This document shows, piece by piece, positions 13,601 through 26,052 of a DNA stretch of 64,000 nucleotides. Both the position numbers and the translations under genes were made by a program. The stretch is from Phoronis australis. Lineage: Eukaryota > Animalia > Phoronida. Every line of letters starts with the position of its first letter. Position 1 is the stretch's first letter. The notes under the pieces were generated by a model. The model did not search any database. It was given only the letters and a program-made list of their open reading frames with translations, and was not told the DNA's origin. The stretch lies in contig NMRA01000084.1 in the NCBI GenBank assembly GCA_002633005.1, positions 110,320 through 174,319 of the forward strand, read 5' to 3'.

Positions 13601-13900
13601 CCAGAGTGTAGTTTGTTTTGTGTTGGGAAGTCTTGTGGGTATCTGCAGCTCTAGTGCATAAGGGTTCTATTGAGTACATGGGTAAGTTAAGGATATAGTT
13701 GAATTCTTCAGATAATTTAGTGGAGGGAAATTGGTGAGTCTGGTGTGTAGAGAAATCAGTTAACTACAGATGTTGTGGAAGTGAAGGAATGATTGTGTTG
13801 ACCAGGAAGTGGGTTAAAAATACTGTAGTAGAAGTAACCAGGGTATCAGTGGGTCTCAAACATGTGAGAGGTCTATTTATTACAGGGTTAATATATGGAA
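10640..13900 (-). mobile_element. Highly decayed LINE (APE-type non-LTR) remnant, boundaries approximate, interrupted by later insertions
   Basis: Minus strand near 12730-12765 reads GEIILMGNLD, resembling the ILxGDFN motif of APE endonucleases. Surrounding strand composition fits an antisense LINE. No intact ORF. Confidence 0.35.
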
Positions 13901-16099
13901 ATATACCAATAAGTAGGTGGTGCACAGCTGTGGTGTCCATATACCATGAATAAGCATCAACTATTTGTTGAAGTGAAAATACATGTAAGAGTTACCAGTT
14001 AGAGGACTTCTTTTAAATGTCAAACACTTTGTTTTATTGTAGCCCATGGCATGGCACACATGCTAATGCTCTGTTTCTCAAGACTATTTTTTGTGTTGAT
14101 TGCTCTTCCCTCATGTTTTTCTCGCAGTGATTGATTAACTTCAGCCAATTTGTTTTCACTTTGACCTGTTTTTCACGTGCTGCAGGTGGTTATTACTGTA
14201 GGCAGGTGTTGATGTGCAGGCAAGTGGTCATGTGTTGAGATAATAGCTCACCTTCTGTACTGTACCCTACAGTATAGGCCAAAAATAATCATATTAAATA
14301 ACACACAATTCCCTGTCATCTCCATTTACTGCCAGTGGAATTCACCATCATGACAGGCCAGTGCACGCAGAATTCATTGTCAGCAGTTGGAATTTTCAGT
14401 GTCCTGATTGGTCATAACCTATCGGTGTACCGGTGATGACAAAACAGAATGTTTCCAATTAGTTTTAACACCTACTGTAGATCAACTGAGAAGTTGGTCT
14501 TGACATGTCATTACTGACTGACTTTTCCATAATTGCATACAATGACCAGCAATTGACCGCAAATTTGTATCATGTTAATAATCAAGAATGATATTGGATA
14601 CAGGCAGCTAGTGCAGTGGTTCTAGAAAGGACCTCGATGAATGTCTTGTCCATGGGAAATTGTGGAAATTATGGATCTTTAAAGATGATTTGCATGCTTC
14701 TTAGTATATGCAAATGTATAGCGGGAAGTAAACAACAATGCTATTTTAACATAATCTATCTTAATCAGGTGCATTTGCATTCAATGATAATTCATAAATG
14801 TGAAAACAAAAGAATTATGCGAATGTCAAGTGACCTTTGCACTATTTGCGTACCTTGCGCCTGCAGGTTCACACAGCCTGCACCATGCAGTGTTTTTCCC
14901 TAGAACCTAGTCATAATACTTGCTGGACACGGTTCAGTGATTTGTGGCAGTTCATTTTTGCCACTAAACTTGTTCTTAAAAACATTTGCCAATTTTCAAC
15001 CAACTTCATATTCACATTGTGGCTATATGTTGTGTTTCTTACTAATTTAGCCAAGCAATCACAGAGATAAGGAATAAACTTGCAAGTTCCGCTTTACATT
15101 TTGGCCAGTGCACAAATGAATTTCTCACAGTACGTCTTGTCTACCAAAATAATTTTTTTATTGTTTTTCAATGCCTTTAAACGTTGTTGTGAATGGCCTC
15201 AATTTGTCCAGTTCATCTCATGGTAGATAAGAAATAAACAGCAGAAGGATAAAACATTACTTATGTGTTGCTCATCTTGTATAGAAAATGGGAAAATCAA
15301 AGCTCTTCAGACTCCACTGCATTTTGTCCTAAATTGGCAAGATTATTGTCTTCTGTTTTCTTCCATGTTTCCGCCACCAGAATACAAGTTTGTTATTTTC
15401 AATCAGAAGGTGACGGTTCCTGTTGAGCATTATTTCAAAACCTACTGCAGGTAACTCATTGTCGCACACCTGTGAGTACAGTAAAATCTTTTTGGACTCA
15501 ATAAAGAAAAACAACTGCTTTCTCATTTTTATGTGAGGCAGTAATTTAAAACTTCACAGTTGTCAGTTTCATCCCGAATCTACCAGCGTAGGTGCCATAC
15601 TTTGCACAACCATGGCCATTTGCAGCAATGTCAGAAGCCGTTCAATATAAAACGGAAAAGATTTAGGTGTGGAACTGGTGAGTTGCTGATTGGGATCAGA
15701 GCATGATGAATGTCCAGTGATTAAGATAGGCATAATTTTTAGCATCCCCCACACTTGTAATGTCACCAGTCCAAGTGTCATGGGCAGTTTTGGTTGTTAG
15801 ATAACAAATTAGTAATAGTGTTAGCGTTCACAGAGTAGTTGTGCTCAGAATTTTGTTTTTGCCTTTTCTCTCCACACCTTAGCACCTGTCCGCCCACACG
15901 CTCCTTGTGTGTTTTTGTTAGAAGGATTACTGACATCTCTATTGTTACCCATAACTGTGTACTGTCACTGGGTTTGCTATTGCACATTAAATAAAATAAA
16001 AACTGTCAGCACAAAAGCACTTCATCAATTGCAGAGACGCTAATTTTTTGTTTTCAAAAACAGAATACATTTTAGCACGCATGAAATTATGTTTTCTTT

Positions 16100-16470
16100 T
16101 GGATTTTTAAATTAACAAAGTCTCTTTTACTATTTCGTATTGATTAAGGACATAAAAATGATCAGGGATTGCCTTATGATTTCCTGTACACTTATGTTGC
16201 AACTCGGTTTTACTGACAGAAAGGTGCATGCTATGTGTAGTGTTTTTCAAAACCATAAAAACAGCAGCTGAACATGTCGGCTACGAACCGATTGGGAGTA
16301 GATTTGTGTCGAGGGTCCATCTCGGGTAACAAATTTGATTTATGAAAATTTTTGATAATTAAAAACCAAAAATGATTGAATTATGGTATCTACTACTGAA
16401 ACTCGTGAATTGCTTTCTAAGCTGTTAATTCTGTGAAAGAAATACGATTCTGCGAATTTTGGCCATTTTT
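16100..16470 (+). repeat. Old interspersed repeat, copy 1 (diverged second copy at ~21900-22260)
   Basis: Collinear shared blocks: atgatc(a/g)ggg(a)attgcctt, ctc(g/c)gttttac and ttaat..tgtgaaa..a..gattctgc.aatt. Confidence 0.6.
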
Positions 16471-16618
16471 TGTTATCAGTGATATAATCAGGGTCTGTAC
16501 ACTGGATGGCTAAATTTGAAGAATTGATCTATTATCCTTTTAGTGGTGTTTGCAGAATGCTCGTCTTTATTTCTTATGCGTTTACTTGGCAGACAGAAAC
16601 ACACCAAGGCGTGAACGT

Positions 16619-16869
16619 AATGTGATATTTAGACGAGTATTTTATCTGAAGATCTGTGATCTTCCCCAAACCGTACAATCTTGACAAATCCAAACAAAAG
16701 AAATCAAAAACAATTCCCCTTTTACATGTTCCAAGACTGTGAAATCCCATAATTTTTCAAAATTTTGTTTTGTGACATCAGTGATACAGAACCTGAACAT
16801 GGAAAAGCATTGATTAGGCACTATACATTATGAAAAAAATAAGAAAAAAATCACTCGTCTACTACATTG
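16619..16869. repeat. Short element with inverted ends
   Basis: aatgtgatatttagacgagtatttt at the left is imperfectly complementary to aaaaatcactcgtctactacatt at the right. Confidence 0.45.
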
Positions 16870-17986
16870 TGTCATAAATCGGTGAGGTTTTACTGCAGTT
16901 TCAGCTTCAGTTTAGCCAGCTGTGTTTAGTATACAACAGCATATTCAAATGATTGATAATAGGCTCAATACATCAAGAATGATGATGCGGGCTATTAACT
17001 TTAATTTATTAATTCCATGGTGTTTATGCACTAGCTATCATGGTGTGGCTTGTGTTTTTGAGAAACATGCCAACCTATGTATAACTGTTATGTTTAATGC
17101 GTTGTTGACTGTGTGTTGTCCATCAGTTCTCTTTTTGTTTTGCACCTCTGTTATGCTTCGCTGGTAACTGCCTTCTCAAACTTTCAAACGGAAATCAAAC
17201 TAAAAAAATCAAGTCTATAAAAATGTTGCCTACATTGTCCTATTGTTGTAATTTACAAACAAATGTGGAAATTCATATTCCAGTCATTTTACCACCAATT
17301 TGTCATTTATTTACACCTAACTGAATTGTTGTCCCATTCTCATTTTGTCTAATGGAAAAACACTTGCGGTAAAAACGTTGTGTTAATTACTCCTTTATGA
17401 TGTGATCGATTCTAATTTGAACCGTCCTTGTCACTGAATCACACTGGTTAGAATAATCACAGTTTTCCATTGGAGAATGAGTTGAAGGAATGTATGAATC
17501 AAGGCTGTAGCTGGTGGTTAATTTTGGAACTTAAGCCAGAGTAGCACTTGCATTCGGCTGGATTTATTGTTTGAAGCTTCACCCACTGGTGTGAAAGGTT
17601 GTGATTTGTCTCCCGTGGAGATAGCTATAGGATTTTCAACAAAATGCTGAAGCAATCATCATTCCGGTAAAATCTCACCAAGTTCTACCGAAAACATTTG
17701 GCAAAAAGCACTTTTTTCATGTTCAAAGGCTTTTAACATGCTAACATTGTGTGATTTTTCAAACTATTGTGTGTTAGTAGGTTTGGTACGGAATGTTATA
17801 AAAAAGCGTTGTTTTAGTACTAATGTCTCATTTATATCAAAAATGAGACAGCAGAAATTCATTTGTTCACTATATTGTGTCCTAAATTGGTGAGATTTTT
17901 CCTCAAGTGTTACTGAATGTTGGATCCAACGGTAACTAGCAAGTAACAGAATTAGGTGTGTACGTTTGCGTGTCTGTCTGTTATAG

Positions 17987-18271
17987 GAAGAAGGAAGTGG
18001 TGATGACGGAGGAGGAGAAAAGACTGAAACGATGTAAGGAGAATCAGGAGATTGCCACCAGGGAGCGCCAGCGTCAGGACGACTTCCGGCGCAAGCAGCA
18101 TGCAGCCATTGTGATCCAGCATGCCTGGGGAATGTACAAGTTCAAGAATAAAGGGGTGCTGGCCAACGCACGCGATGCTATACGACTGAAGAGACTGGAC
18201 GCCGGTGAAGGCGAGTGGAAGAAACAAATAGCTGCCTTGACCATACAGCTGGCTTGGAGGAAATACTATAG
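17987..18271 (+). CDS. INVS: Inversin-like protein, exon with IQ motifs 2 and 3
   Basis: Acceptor ctgttatag| and donor AG|gtataa. 285 nt, phase 2-2, within ORF 17958..18476. Encodes AAIVIQHAWGMYKFK and AALTIQLAWRKYYR. Confidence 0.92.
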
Positions 18272-19783
18272 GTATAAATTTACTGAAGGAAGGAAATATT
18301 GTGTGGGCAATGGTTTGTGGTGTACTGAACCAACGAAGCATGTGTTACGGATTTCCCTATATTCTCTGCAGTATTGGGGCATAGGGAATCACTATGAACA
18401 AGATTTGAAATGTTACAGATTTTGGGCATTTAGTTTAGAAACAAAGATATTTGAAAACTGTTACAAATATATGTAAACTCGAGTCAGTTGTTGAGTGGGT
18501 GGAAAAAAAGAGTGTCAATCCTGAGCTATGTTCTCGTAGTGGTACCACATTTTTCTTGTGCCAAAGAGAATGGTGTATTGAAAATATTAAAAGCTGATTT
18601 TTCATGCTTAGAGAAAATGTGTTCACGAAAAATCTCAATGACTATTAAGTCCACTTAATGTCGTTCCTCGCAACAGTAATTAGGTCAAGCCCATTGCACA
18701 AACTTCAAACTCAAATCGGTCAGGTTTGCAGCATTGAATGCTCTAGCTGATGTAATCACAATCAACGCTATGGTTTTATCAAAATTGTGTATTTTGGATA
18801 GCTTACTATGATAATGGAACAAAACAAAAGTTTACACCCAGAAACATAAACTGGAGAATGGTTTTGGAAAGTGGCGTTACATAGGGCTTTAAGCATACCA
18901 TGTCTTTTACAGAGACCTTAATTATCAGAATTTCACCGTTTCTGTGTTGGCATGGAGTATGTTTTGTCTGCCACCTTTTGACCCAATTCCGCGTGTTACA
19001 TGCCATTGACAAATAGTCTAGCTTTACTCAGTGTTGATTTAATTTCCCCGATGGTGCGAATCGACCGTAGCTGAAGCCTATAACAGTGCAGTACCTTGAA
19101 CACGCTCCTTTTAAAAACTTCATTGACAGTGGCAGCAGGCCACACACTTGATCAGTTTGCAGTTTAAAAACCAAGACAAACCCAACTAAATCTGATTGCT
19201 CTGCAGTAATAAGCTCGCCTGCTGCAGAGCAGTTTTCTACAAGCCAGTTGTGCATGTCCATCTACAAGCTGCACTTCTTCACTTCACTGGAGAGTGCGAG
19301 TGCCAAACTACAGGTGTTTTGTCATGCCGCCTCAAGGGTATTACGAGAAAAGACAGCTCACTTGAGGCATGCAATGGAACAAAGAGAGATAGAATGCAAA
19401 AAAGAAAGTTCAAAATGCTTTGTGTTTTTTGCAATTTCGGACTGCATGATGGCGGCCTCTCACAGAGCATCGCACTCCAACCATGTCAGCTTTAAAAGTC
19501 ACTTTTTAAAGAAAGTTGCGACGTCTGAAGAAAGGACCAATTGCACAGTAATTATCACCACTTGATAATTAAGGAAATTAGTTTTTATATAAGTGCGAAT
19601 GCGAATGATTAGTTTTATAATCACTACAGGTTCAATTCAAAATTTCCATATTAAAGTAATTGAAAAACATCAAATTGGTCACGAAATTTCATAAATTGCT
19701 CATAAATTTTGCTAATTACACTTAGTGAGATTGAAGGTAATTACTTCACCGCATTTATCACCTTGTGCCACCCTTGCAGTTAA

Positions 19784-20744
19784 AGTGTACGCAACATGAC
19801 TCTAGTACCTCAAAATATATTTTATTATAAATATCTTACTTGATTTCAGTGCCTTTAGTGCACAGCTCATAAAGAAACACGTAAAAATTGAAAAAATTAA
19901 TAATTATGTACAACGTCATGGGTTGAACCCAAGTCGTTCGGCACACTGTTCGGATCAGCAACCAAGTGTATAGAGTGAAGTGAAAGTAAAGTATATTTAG
20001 CGTCGAGAAGGTTCGTAGAGGGATGAAAAGATGTGTTTGCGGAGGCTGCAGCAACAGCAGTCAGACGGAGAACGTCTCGGTGTTCCGAAGGACGCCAAAG
20101 TTGCGCAATAGTGGCATCGCTTCGTGCGCCGAACGAGAGTGTGGGACCTCAGCGTGGACCAAGCGATTCTGTCCGGGGCCACTCTGTGTTCTGCCCACTT
20201 TGAGGAGTCGTGTCCAATCAGAGGAGATGTTACGATGAAGGCCTGGTTCAATAAAGGACAATATTTACTATTCAGAAACATCGGCTCTTTATTCAGGATC
20301 GTCTGTTAGATGACTGGGTTGACTGGCCGAGCCCGAGGCCGCTTCTCTCGCGGGAGGATCCAGTTCGTAAGGCCTCAAAGTAGAAAAGTACGCAGCTGAA
20401 AACATATCAAACTCGTTCTCGCTTTCGTGCAACCCCATTTCGTCATTCTTGCCACCATTCTCGTACGTTTCTTCATAGTATTTGTTCATTTCTTGCTCAT
20501 AATCGTTGTCGCTTTCAAATTCCCTACTCTCCGTCGTTGTTCCGCAATGCTAGTCGCTGATCTCTTGTGTTCAACCCATGATGTCACATGGCGGGAAATG
20601 TGAAAATTGGCAAAACTGAAAGAGAAATCAAAATTTCGAGCTAATGACACAAAATAATCATGGATTTGGCTAAATTTTACGTCATACATTTAGTCTGTGG
20701 CCACCGGTAATTCGAAATGTGCAAAAATCCATGGTGTGTACTGT
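19784..20744. mobile_element. Internally deleted Kolobok-like DNA transposon with a pseudogenised THAP domain and the N-terminus of a second, opposite-strand ORF
   Basis: Flanked by TTAA at 19780-19783 and 20745-20748. Imperfect 16-bp TIR (agtgtacgcaacatga vs acagtacacaccatgg, 11/16). + strand from 20023 reads MKRCVCGGCSN, frameshift, PKD..*WHRFVRRTR..LCSAHFEESC (THAP C2CH signature). - strand 20289..20438 contains LRPYELDP. Confidence 0.72.
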
Positions 20745-21444
20745 TTAAAGGTCTATTTTTGTGCGCTCACATATCTTTGGTCAATTAAGTTGTCATCTCC
20801 ACCCATTTGGTGTCCGCTGTCAAAACCCTCAGTCAATGGTTGTTTGTGAAATTTCATAGACCAATTCCTATCATTTATGAAATGTCGTGGGCGAATTTCC
20901 AAAGAGGTGTGACTACTGCTGTGCCCACTAGTGGCAATTTGTGTTTTTTGTGTTAGCCTTGGTATTTAAAAGATTTCTCGATGCATTTTCATGATACTTG
21001 GCAAATAGATTTCTCTTATTCTGTTATTTTTTAATTTTCAGATATACTCAATATATTCTGCGCCATCTTGTGGCCGTATTTATCATTTTTGCATCTGTTT
21101 GTTGATATTACTCTCCCCATTTGCCAAAATGCTTGAGGAGGAGACAGTGTGACAAAGTAGTTTGAGCTGTGGGCTCTAGTTTTGGAGAGCCGAGTTCGAT
21201 TCCTGGCTTTACTTGCAGTCAAGCATAGCATAAGTGGGTCTCCTACTCGTTTAGGCTCGGTCTTGCCATTGAGTATATGCAAGGGAGTGAATGAGAACCT
21301 GGATATAATGCGAATTTCTGAGGTGGTCCTTCACACCCTGTAAAGTGATGCTTCATGCGATGCAGACGCGTTGTAGAAGAATAGGAAAGGATTTTGTAGA
21401 TATAGTTGGGAGGATACCATGTGACAGCTGTCATTTTATTGCAG

Positions 21445-21551
21445 GAGAAAAATAATGCAGACGTTGACTCCTCAGCGAAGTCGAGTAATTCATATGTGGG
21501 ACCCGGAGGTGATCGCTGCTAAGCAGAGGATGTTAATGGAAGAGATCTATA
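21445..21551 (+). CDS. INVS: Inversin-like protein, C-terminal region exon
   Basis: Acceptor ttttattgcag| and donor |gtgagt. 107 nt, phase 2 to 1. Translates RKIMQTLTPQRSRVIHMWDPEVIAAKQRMLMEEIY, in frame with the previous exon. Confidence 0.88.
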
Positions 21552-21899
21552 GTGAGTTGATCAAAAAGAAGTGAACAAACGTACCGTCTTGTACGCGCTT
21601 AGAAAATTTAAACACTGTGGGTTCCTTTTCATTCTAGGTCGTATGATTGATTGGTGTTAATCAAGAAGAGTGTGGCTTGTTATTTTTCAGAAACACATTT
21701 GATTAAAATGGTTCATGAAGCCATCCCATATTAAGTGTGAGCGTTGGCTTAAGTCAAATGTATGTCAGTTGTAGAGATAAGTGTTTCTCTGTTTTAAAGA
21801 TGCAATGTCTCGTTTGCAAGAACGTCTATGTGATCTTGTTCGCTGTGACTCGGAGTCCCTGTTTCCGTTTTCAGCAAGCAAATTCAAAAGTTTATCCAT

Positions 21900-22260
21900 T
21901 TGACAATTAACAAATTCTGTTATTCTATTTTGATGTGATAAGTATTGTAAACATGATCGGGGAATTGCCTTGCTTTTTCTATTGAATTATTCTTCAGCTC
22001 CGTTTTACCAAAACCGGAAATAGAACAGGGCTATTTTCTGGAAATGATCACTGGTCACTTAGTGGTCAGAATTTGGTGGATTATATTCTTAATTTTGGTA
22101 AATAGTACCATAAATAAATATAATTATAATTAGAGTTAGAGTAATTTCTATGGAAACACATAAATTCTGTTCGAAATCTTTAATTAATGTGTGAAAAAGT
22201 TTGATTCTGCAAATTCCATTATTGCTGAAGGCCAAATTCTCTACCACTGATAGCAAAGGT
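21900..22260 (+). repeat. Old interspersed repeat, copy 2
   Basis: Collinear similarity to ~16100-16470. Confidence 0.6.
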
Positions 22261-22547
22261 AGACACAAAAATATGCCTGATTTCCAAAATGAGGTATTTT
22301 CTTATCTCCGGGACAAAGGAGAATTCTAGCGCCGTGTAATCTGGAACAGCCCTAGTATGTTGAGGTTAATTATTAATTAGCCATACGACAAGGAACAGTA
22401 TTTTGTCTGACTACATCTGTCCTGTAATGTGCCACAGAGGTAAATTATGCTCTTTAAATGTGATTGATAAGAAATACACTTTTGTGAATGTTAAACTAAG
22501 CAACCGTGTTTTTGTTGTGACCTTACCTACTGTTTTTTTTAATACAG

Positions 22548-22634
22548 CCGAACAGCTTATAGCCCCTGAGTGGAACCCAACCTTAAAGAGGCCAATCCGG
22601 CCATCATGGTTCAAGTACATACCCTCTGCTGCTG
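22548..22634 (+). CDS. INVS: Inversin-like protein, C-terminal region exon
   Basis: Poly-T tract then aatacag|, donor G|gtatgt. 87 nt, phase 1-1. Translates EQLIAPEWNPTLKRPIRPSWFKYIPSAA. Confidence 0.88.
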
Positions 22635-23493
22635 GTATGTGTTATTTTGAATGTACTCATTGCCACCGCAATCTTCAGAAATGTCAAGCAATATCATATT
22701 TTCATAAAATCAACAGAACAAATTGTGGTTTGCCTGTAATTTTCTGATGATTGTTGTCACAATTTGTGGCTTAACTTTGTGGAGTCTAAGGTCTGTCTAG
22801 TGTCTTGTTTCTTAATGCTGCATTTCGCCCTGTTTAGCTGACTTAAAACGAAAATTGAATTAGACCTTTTGCTCTCATCAAACCAGTCTTGTAGAAGTCA
22901 AGTGCGAATGGAGCTGCATGTTTGTTTTTGTATTCCAAAAATGGTCATCTATTATACATATAGGTGTAGGTGCATATTGCTGTCATCTCTGTCTGCTGTT
23001 CATCCATTTGTTTGTTTCTTCTCGTGCGATTGACTGTAGAATTAGTTGCCCAAAACATTTTATTTACGGTTTGGGAACAATTGTTTATTACGTTCTAGTA
23101 TAAAGACACCGCAACACAAACGATCACTCCCTGACAATAAAAAGGGGAAAATGAAATGTTTTACTGACCTATTTACTTATTTCAGAGGATTGAGGATAAG
23201 ATGAGGGGAATCAAAAGTATTTTAGAGATGACTTTAGCTCTTGCCACCTCTGGTTAGTTGAATTGTGTTATTGGGAAGTGTAGACCAATTATATATTAGC
23301 AGACATCTGCAAATTATTGTTGCTGAGGTGCTTAAATTCAGCACAGTTCGTGCAGATTTGAACAAAGTCGGGGAATTCCTTTCTGCATCAAAAATTTCCA
23401 AAATTTTGGTTTGAGGACCTAGTATTTTACAAAAAAATTCTAAGAGCTCTTTGATTACAGTTACGTGTAAAGTGCCCTTTCTTGTTTTTTCAG

Positions 23494-23586
23494 CGCTTTC
23501 CTTTAATTTTGCAATTGACCAGTATCACGGGCCAAGTGAACGACATGGTGCTACTTACTATGAGAAGAATACAGAGTACACAGGAG
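23494..23586 (+). CDS. INVS: Inversin-like protein, C-terminal region exon
   Basis: Acceptor cttgttttttcag| and donor G|gtgagg. 93 nt, phase 1-1. Translates LSFNFAIDQYHGPSERHGATYYEKNTEYTG. Confidence 0.87.
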
Positions 23587-24472
23587 GTGAGGGTGTGGGC
23601 AAATACTCTTGAAATCAAACTGTGGCTTTGAGGCTATAACAGACGTATAGTGTCTATGACAACATGGAAATTCAGCAGATTTAACGTTTGTCTGAAGCCA
23701 CGGTTAAATTTTTGGAAAAAAATTAAATCGGGCAAAAAGTAAAGTCTCCGATGATATACTCATAGCTTCTTGTTACTAAATCATTTCTAGACTATGATGC
23801 ACTGATAAGTACGTGACTAAATCTTTATTCGGCAATTGTGGACGCGCGAGACCAAATTTATGTAAATTTTAAGTGTTAAGTCACCGTTCATATCAGATCC
23901 CTGATCGACAGCAAGACCAGCATATATACATATACATATACATATATATATGCATATATGTATAGACAGGTTTCTGTTTGTTGCACCATAGAGAGTGCAC
24001 CCACATCTAGTGACAGGGTTAATATAGTGCTTTTTGTGACCACATTCGCATGTTCACATCAGTCCCGTGACTTACGTAAGTGAAAGGGGAGACGAGAACC
24101 CGAAACAATATGCCCCTGCATTGTACTTCCGGTGCTCAATTTGCCCATAGCTTGGTAATATTCATTCAAAAGTTAAATGAACGCAATAGTTCCTGCGATT
24201 TTGTTTAAGTTACAGCGTGTCCAGGCATGCCTTGTGCAAATTATTGGACTGTGTTTGCCATTTTAAGTGCAAGTGTATGATTTACAGCACCATCTGTGTG
24301 TGTGTGCGTTAGGAGGGAGTTTTCACACTTTATCATGAAACTGTGAAAATTAATATGCAAGTGAGTGGGTATCTTGAGTTTTTCAATTTAAGTGTCCATT
24401 TAGCATACTTTCATCATTAGTCAAAGTGTAAAGTGAGATAATGTGATTATTTGTTATTGAATTTCATTTCAG

Positions 24473-24546
24473 ACGATCTCAGACAGATCAAATTGTCGGA
24501 CAGTCCAGAACCTAAAAATTACTCATACAATTTGTATGAGTATTGA
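24473..24546 (+). CDS. INVS: Inversin-like protein, probable last coding exon
   Basis: Acceptor tttcatttcag|, phase 1. Translates DLRQIKLSDSPEPKNYSYNLYEY followed by TGA at 24544-24546. Confidence 0.75.
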
Positions 24547-25950
24547 TGTTATTGTGGGTGCGTCAGTGTTGTAATTGAAATGGACAACTTCGTATAATGC
24601 TGGCACCGTCAGGAAGAATTATGGGACTGGAGGTCGCAGGACTTGTGAAAAGGAGAAGGCAGTATTAAAGATTGAACGTATTGCTGAACGGATTGGCATA
24701 ATGGATGGGAATGGAGTTGCCCGTACTGAAAAATGAGTGAAAGTCACGACACTACTCCGAATGTTAGGAGTAATTGTATTAAGCTTACAGAGAGATGATG
24801 CGTGTGGTCGAGCAGGCATAAAACTTATTATTTCAAATTAGGGATTGGGTGATGTAAGATGCAGCTAAATATGCTTTGGGTTTCATTGTGCTTACGCGCC
24901 AAAAGTATTCAGACAAAATGACCTGGAACACGCCTGTCATTTTTGCTGTAAACTTGATTAGCCTTAATGACTGAGAAATGATATTTTGTGGGAATGCTTT
25001 TGTCTTGTACTATAGCTGCAGGTAGTTGGACCACACTCTTACTTCCACACACTCACCTGTAGATACCGGTCGTCAACTGGTGCCACAGGACAGTACTATA
25101 CGGGGTTGCTGCACTGCGAGGGATATGTATGGACTGAGACAAAACCTCGCTTGTTAAACCAGGTGGCACTGGGGAAGGTGACAACTGGATCCGTTTTTTG
25201 GTTTGTGATCTCATTGAGCCTTTGTTTAAATTCTCACGCTGCAATTTTTGTGTTAAAAGCTCATCACTTTTGAATTGCAGTAAAAGTTTTCCAGTTTGGG
25301 ACAGTCGCTGAAATTTGGGACACTCGAGATTCAAGCAGAAATTGATTTTCTTGATTTTAGAATTGAGTATATTTCTCAAATTGGTAATGTATATCTCTTA
25401 CTGCTCTAACTTTGGTATCTACTTGTACCTTATTTAAAGCCTAACTTCAACAGAATTTTGTTACTTGAGATGAATCAGGCTAACTAGATAGTCCTAGCAA
25501 AGACTTAGTAAAATAAGAAAACGCGAGTTCAATCACATAAGTGTAAGCCCGTGAAATGATAAGGGAAGCTGCGTTTTCGTGCCATGTTGCATCACCGCGA
25601 GACCCCAGCGCCAACAACAAAAAGTTGTATTGAATAGAGGTCTGAATAGAACACCATTGCGTGCGGGTGTTATTCTCAGCTGTTTGAATTAAAAGGTAAT
25701 AATTCTCGCGGTGACGTAGACAAAAGCAAGCTAATACGCCTAACAGTTTGTTACATTTGGCAATTTATGGCACTTCTGGGGTAAAAGTGATGCTCTTAAC
25801 ATACTGTAGGAACCAAATTTACATGTGGTACCATTGAGGATAGGCTTTAAGGTATCTGAAATGGAGGTAGGTTGATCATAGATAGACTAATGTGCTATTT
25901 TAATGTATACGTAAAAGTTATTGGACTGGATTCAAGTTCCTCTTCCATCT

Positions 25951-26052
25951 TGGTAATGACCAGCTATTCCTAGTAATGACTAGTCGTGTTACTGGTAATG
26001 ACCAGCTATTCCTAGTAATGACTAGTCGTGTTACTGGTAATGACCAGTCGTT
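25951..26052 (+). repeat. Tandem repeat: two exact 42-bp units plus a partial unit, built from ~21-bp subunits
   Basis: tggtaatgaccagctattcctagtaatgactagtcgtgttac at 25951-25992 and 25993-26034. Confidence 0.95.

Noticed and set aside
15409-15450. 42-nt candidate extra inversin exon (ttttcaatcag..cag|gtaact)
   Set aside because: It has an immediate TGA in the required phase-2 frame and no other support.
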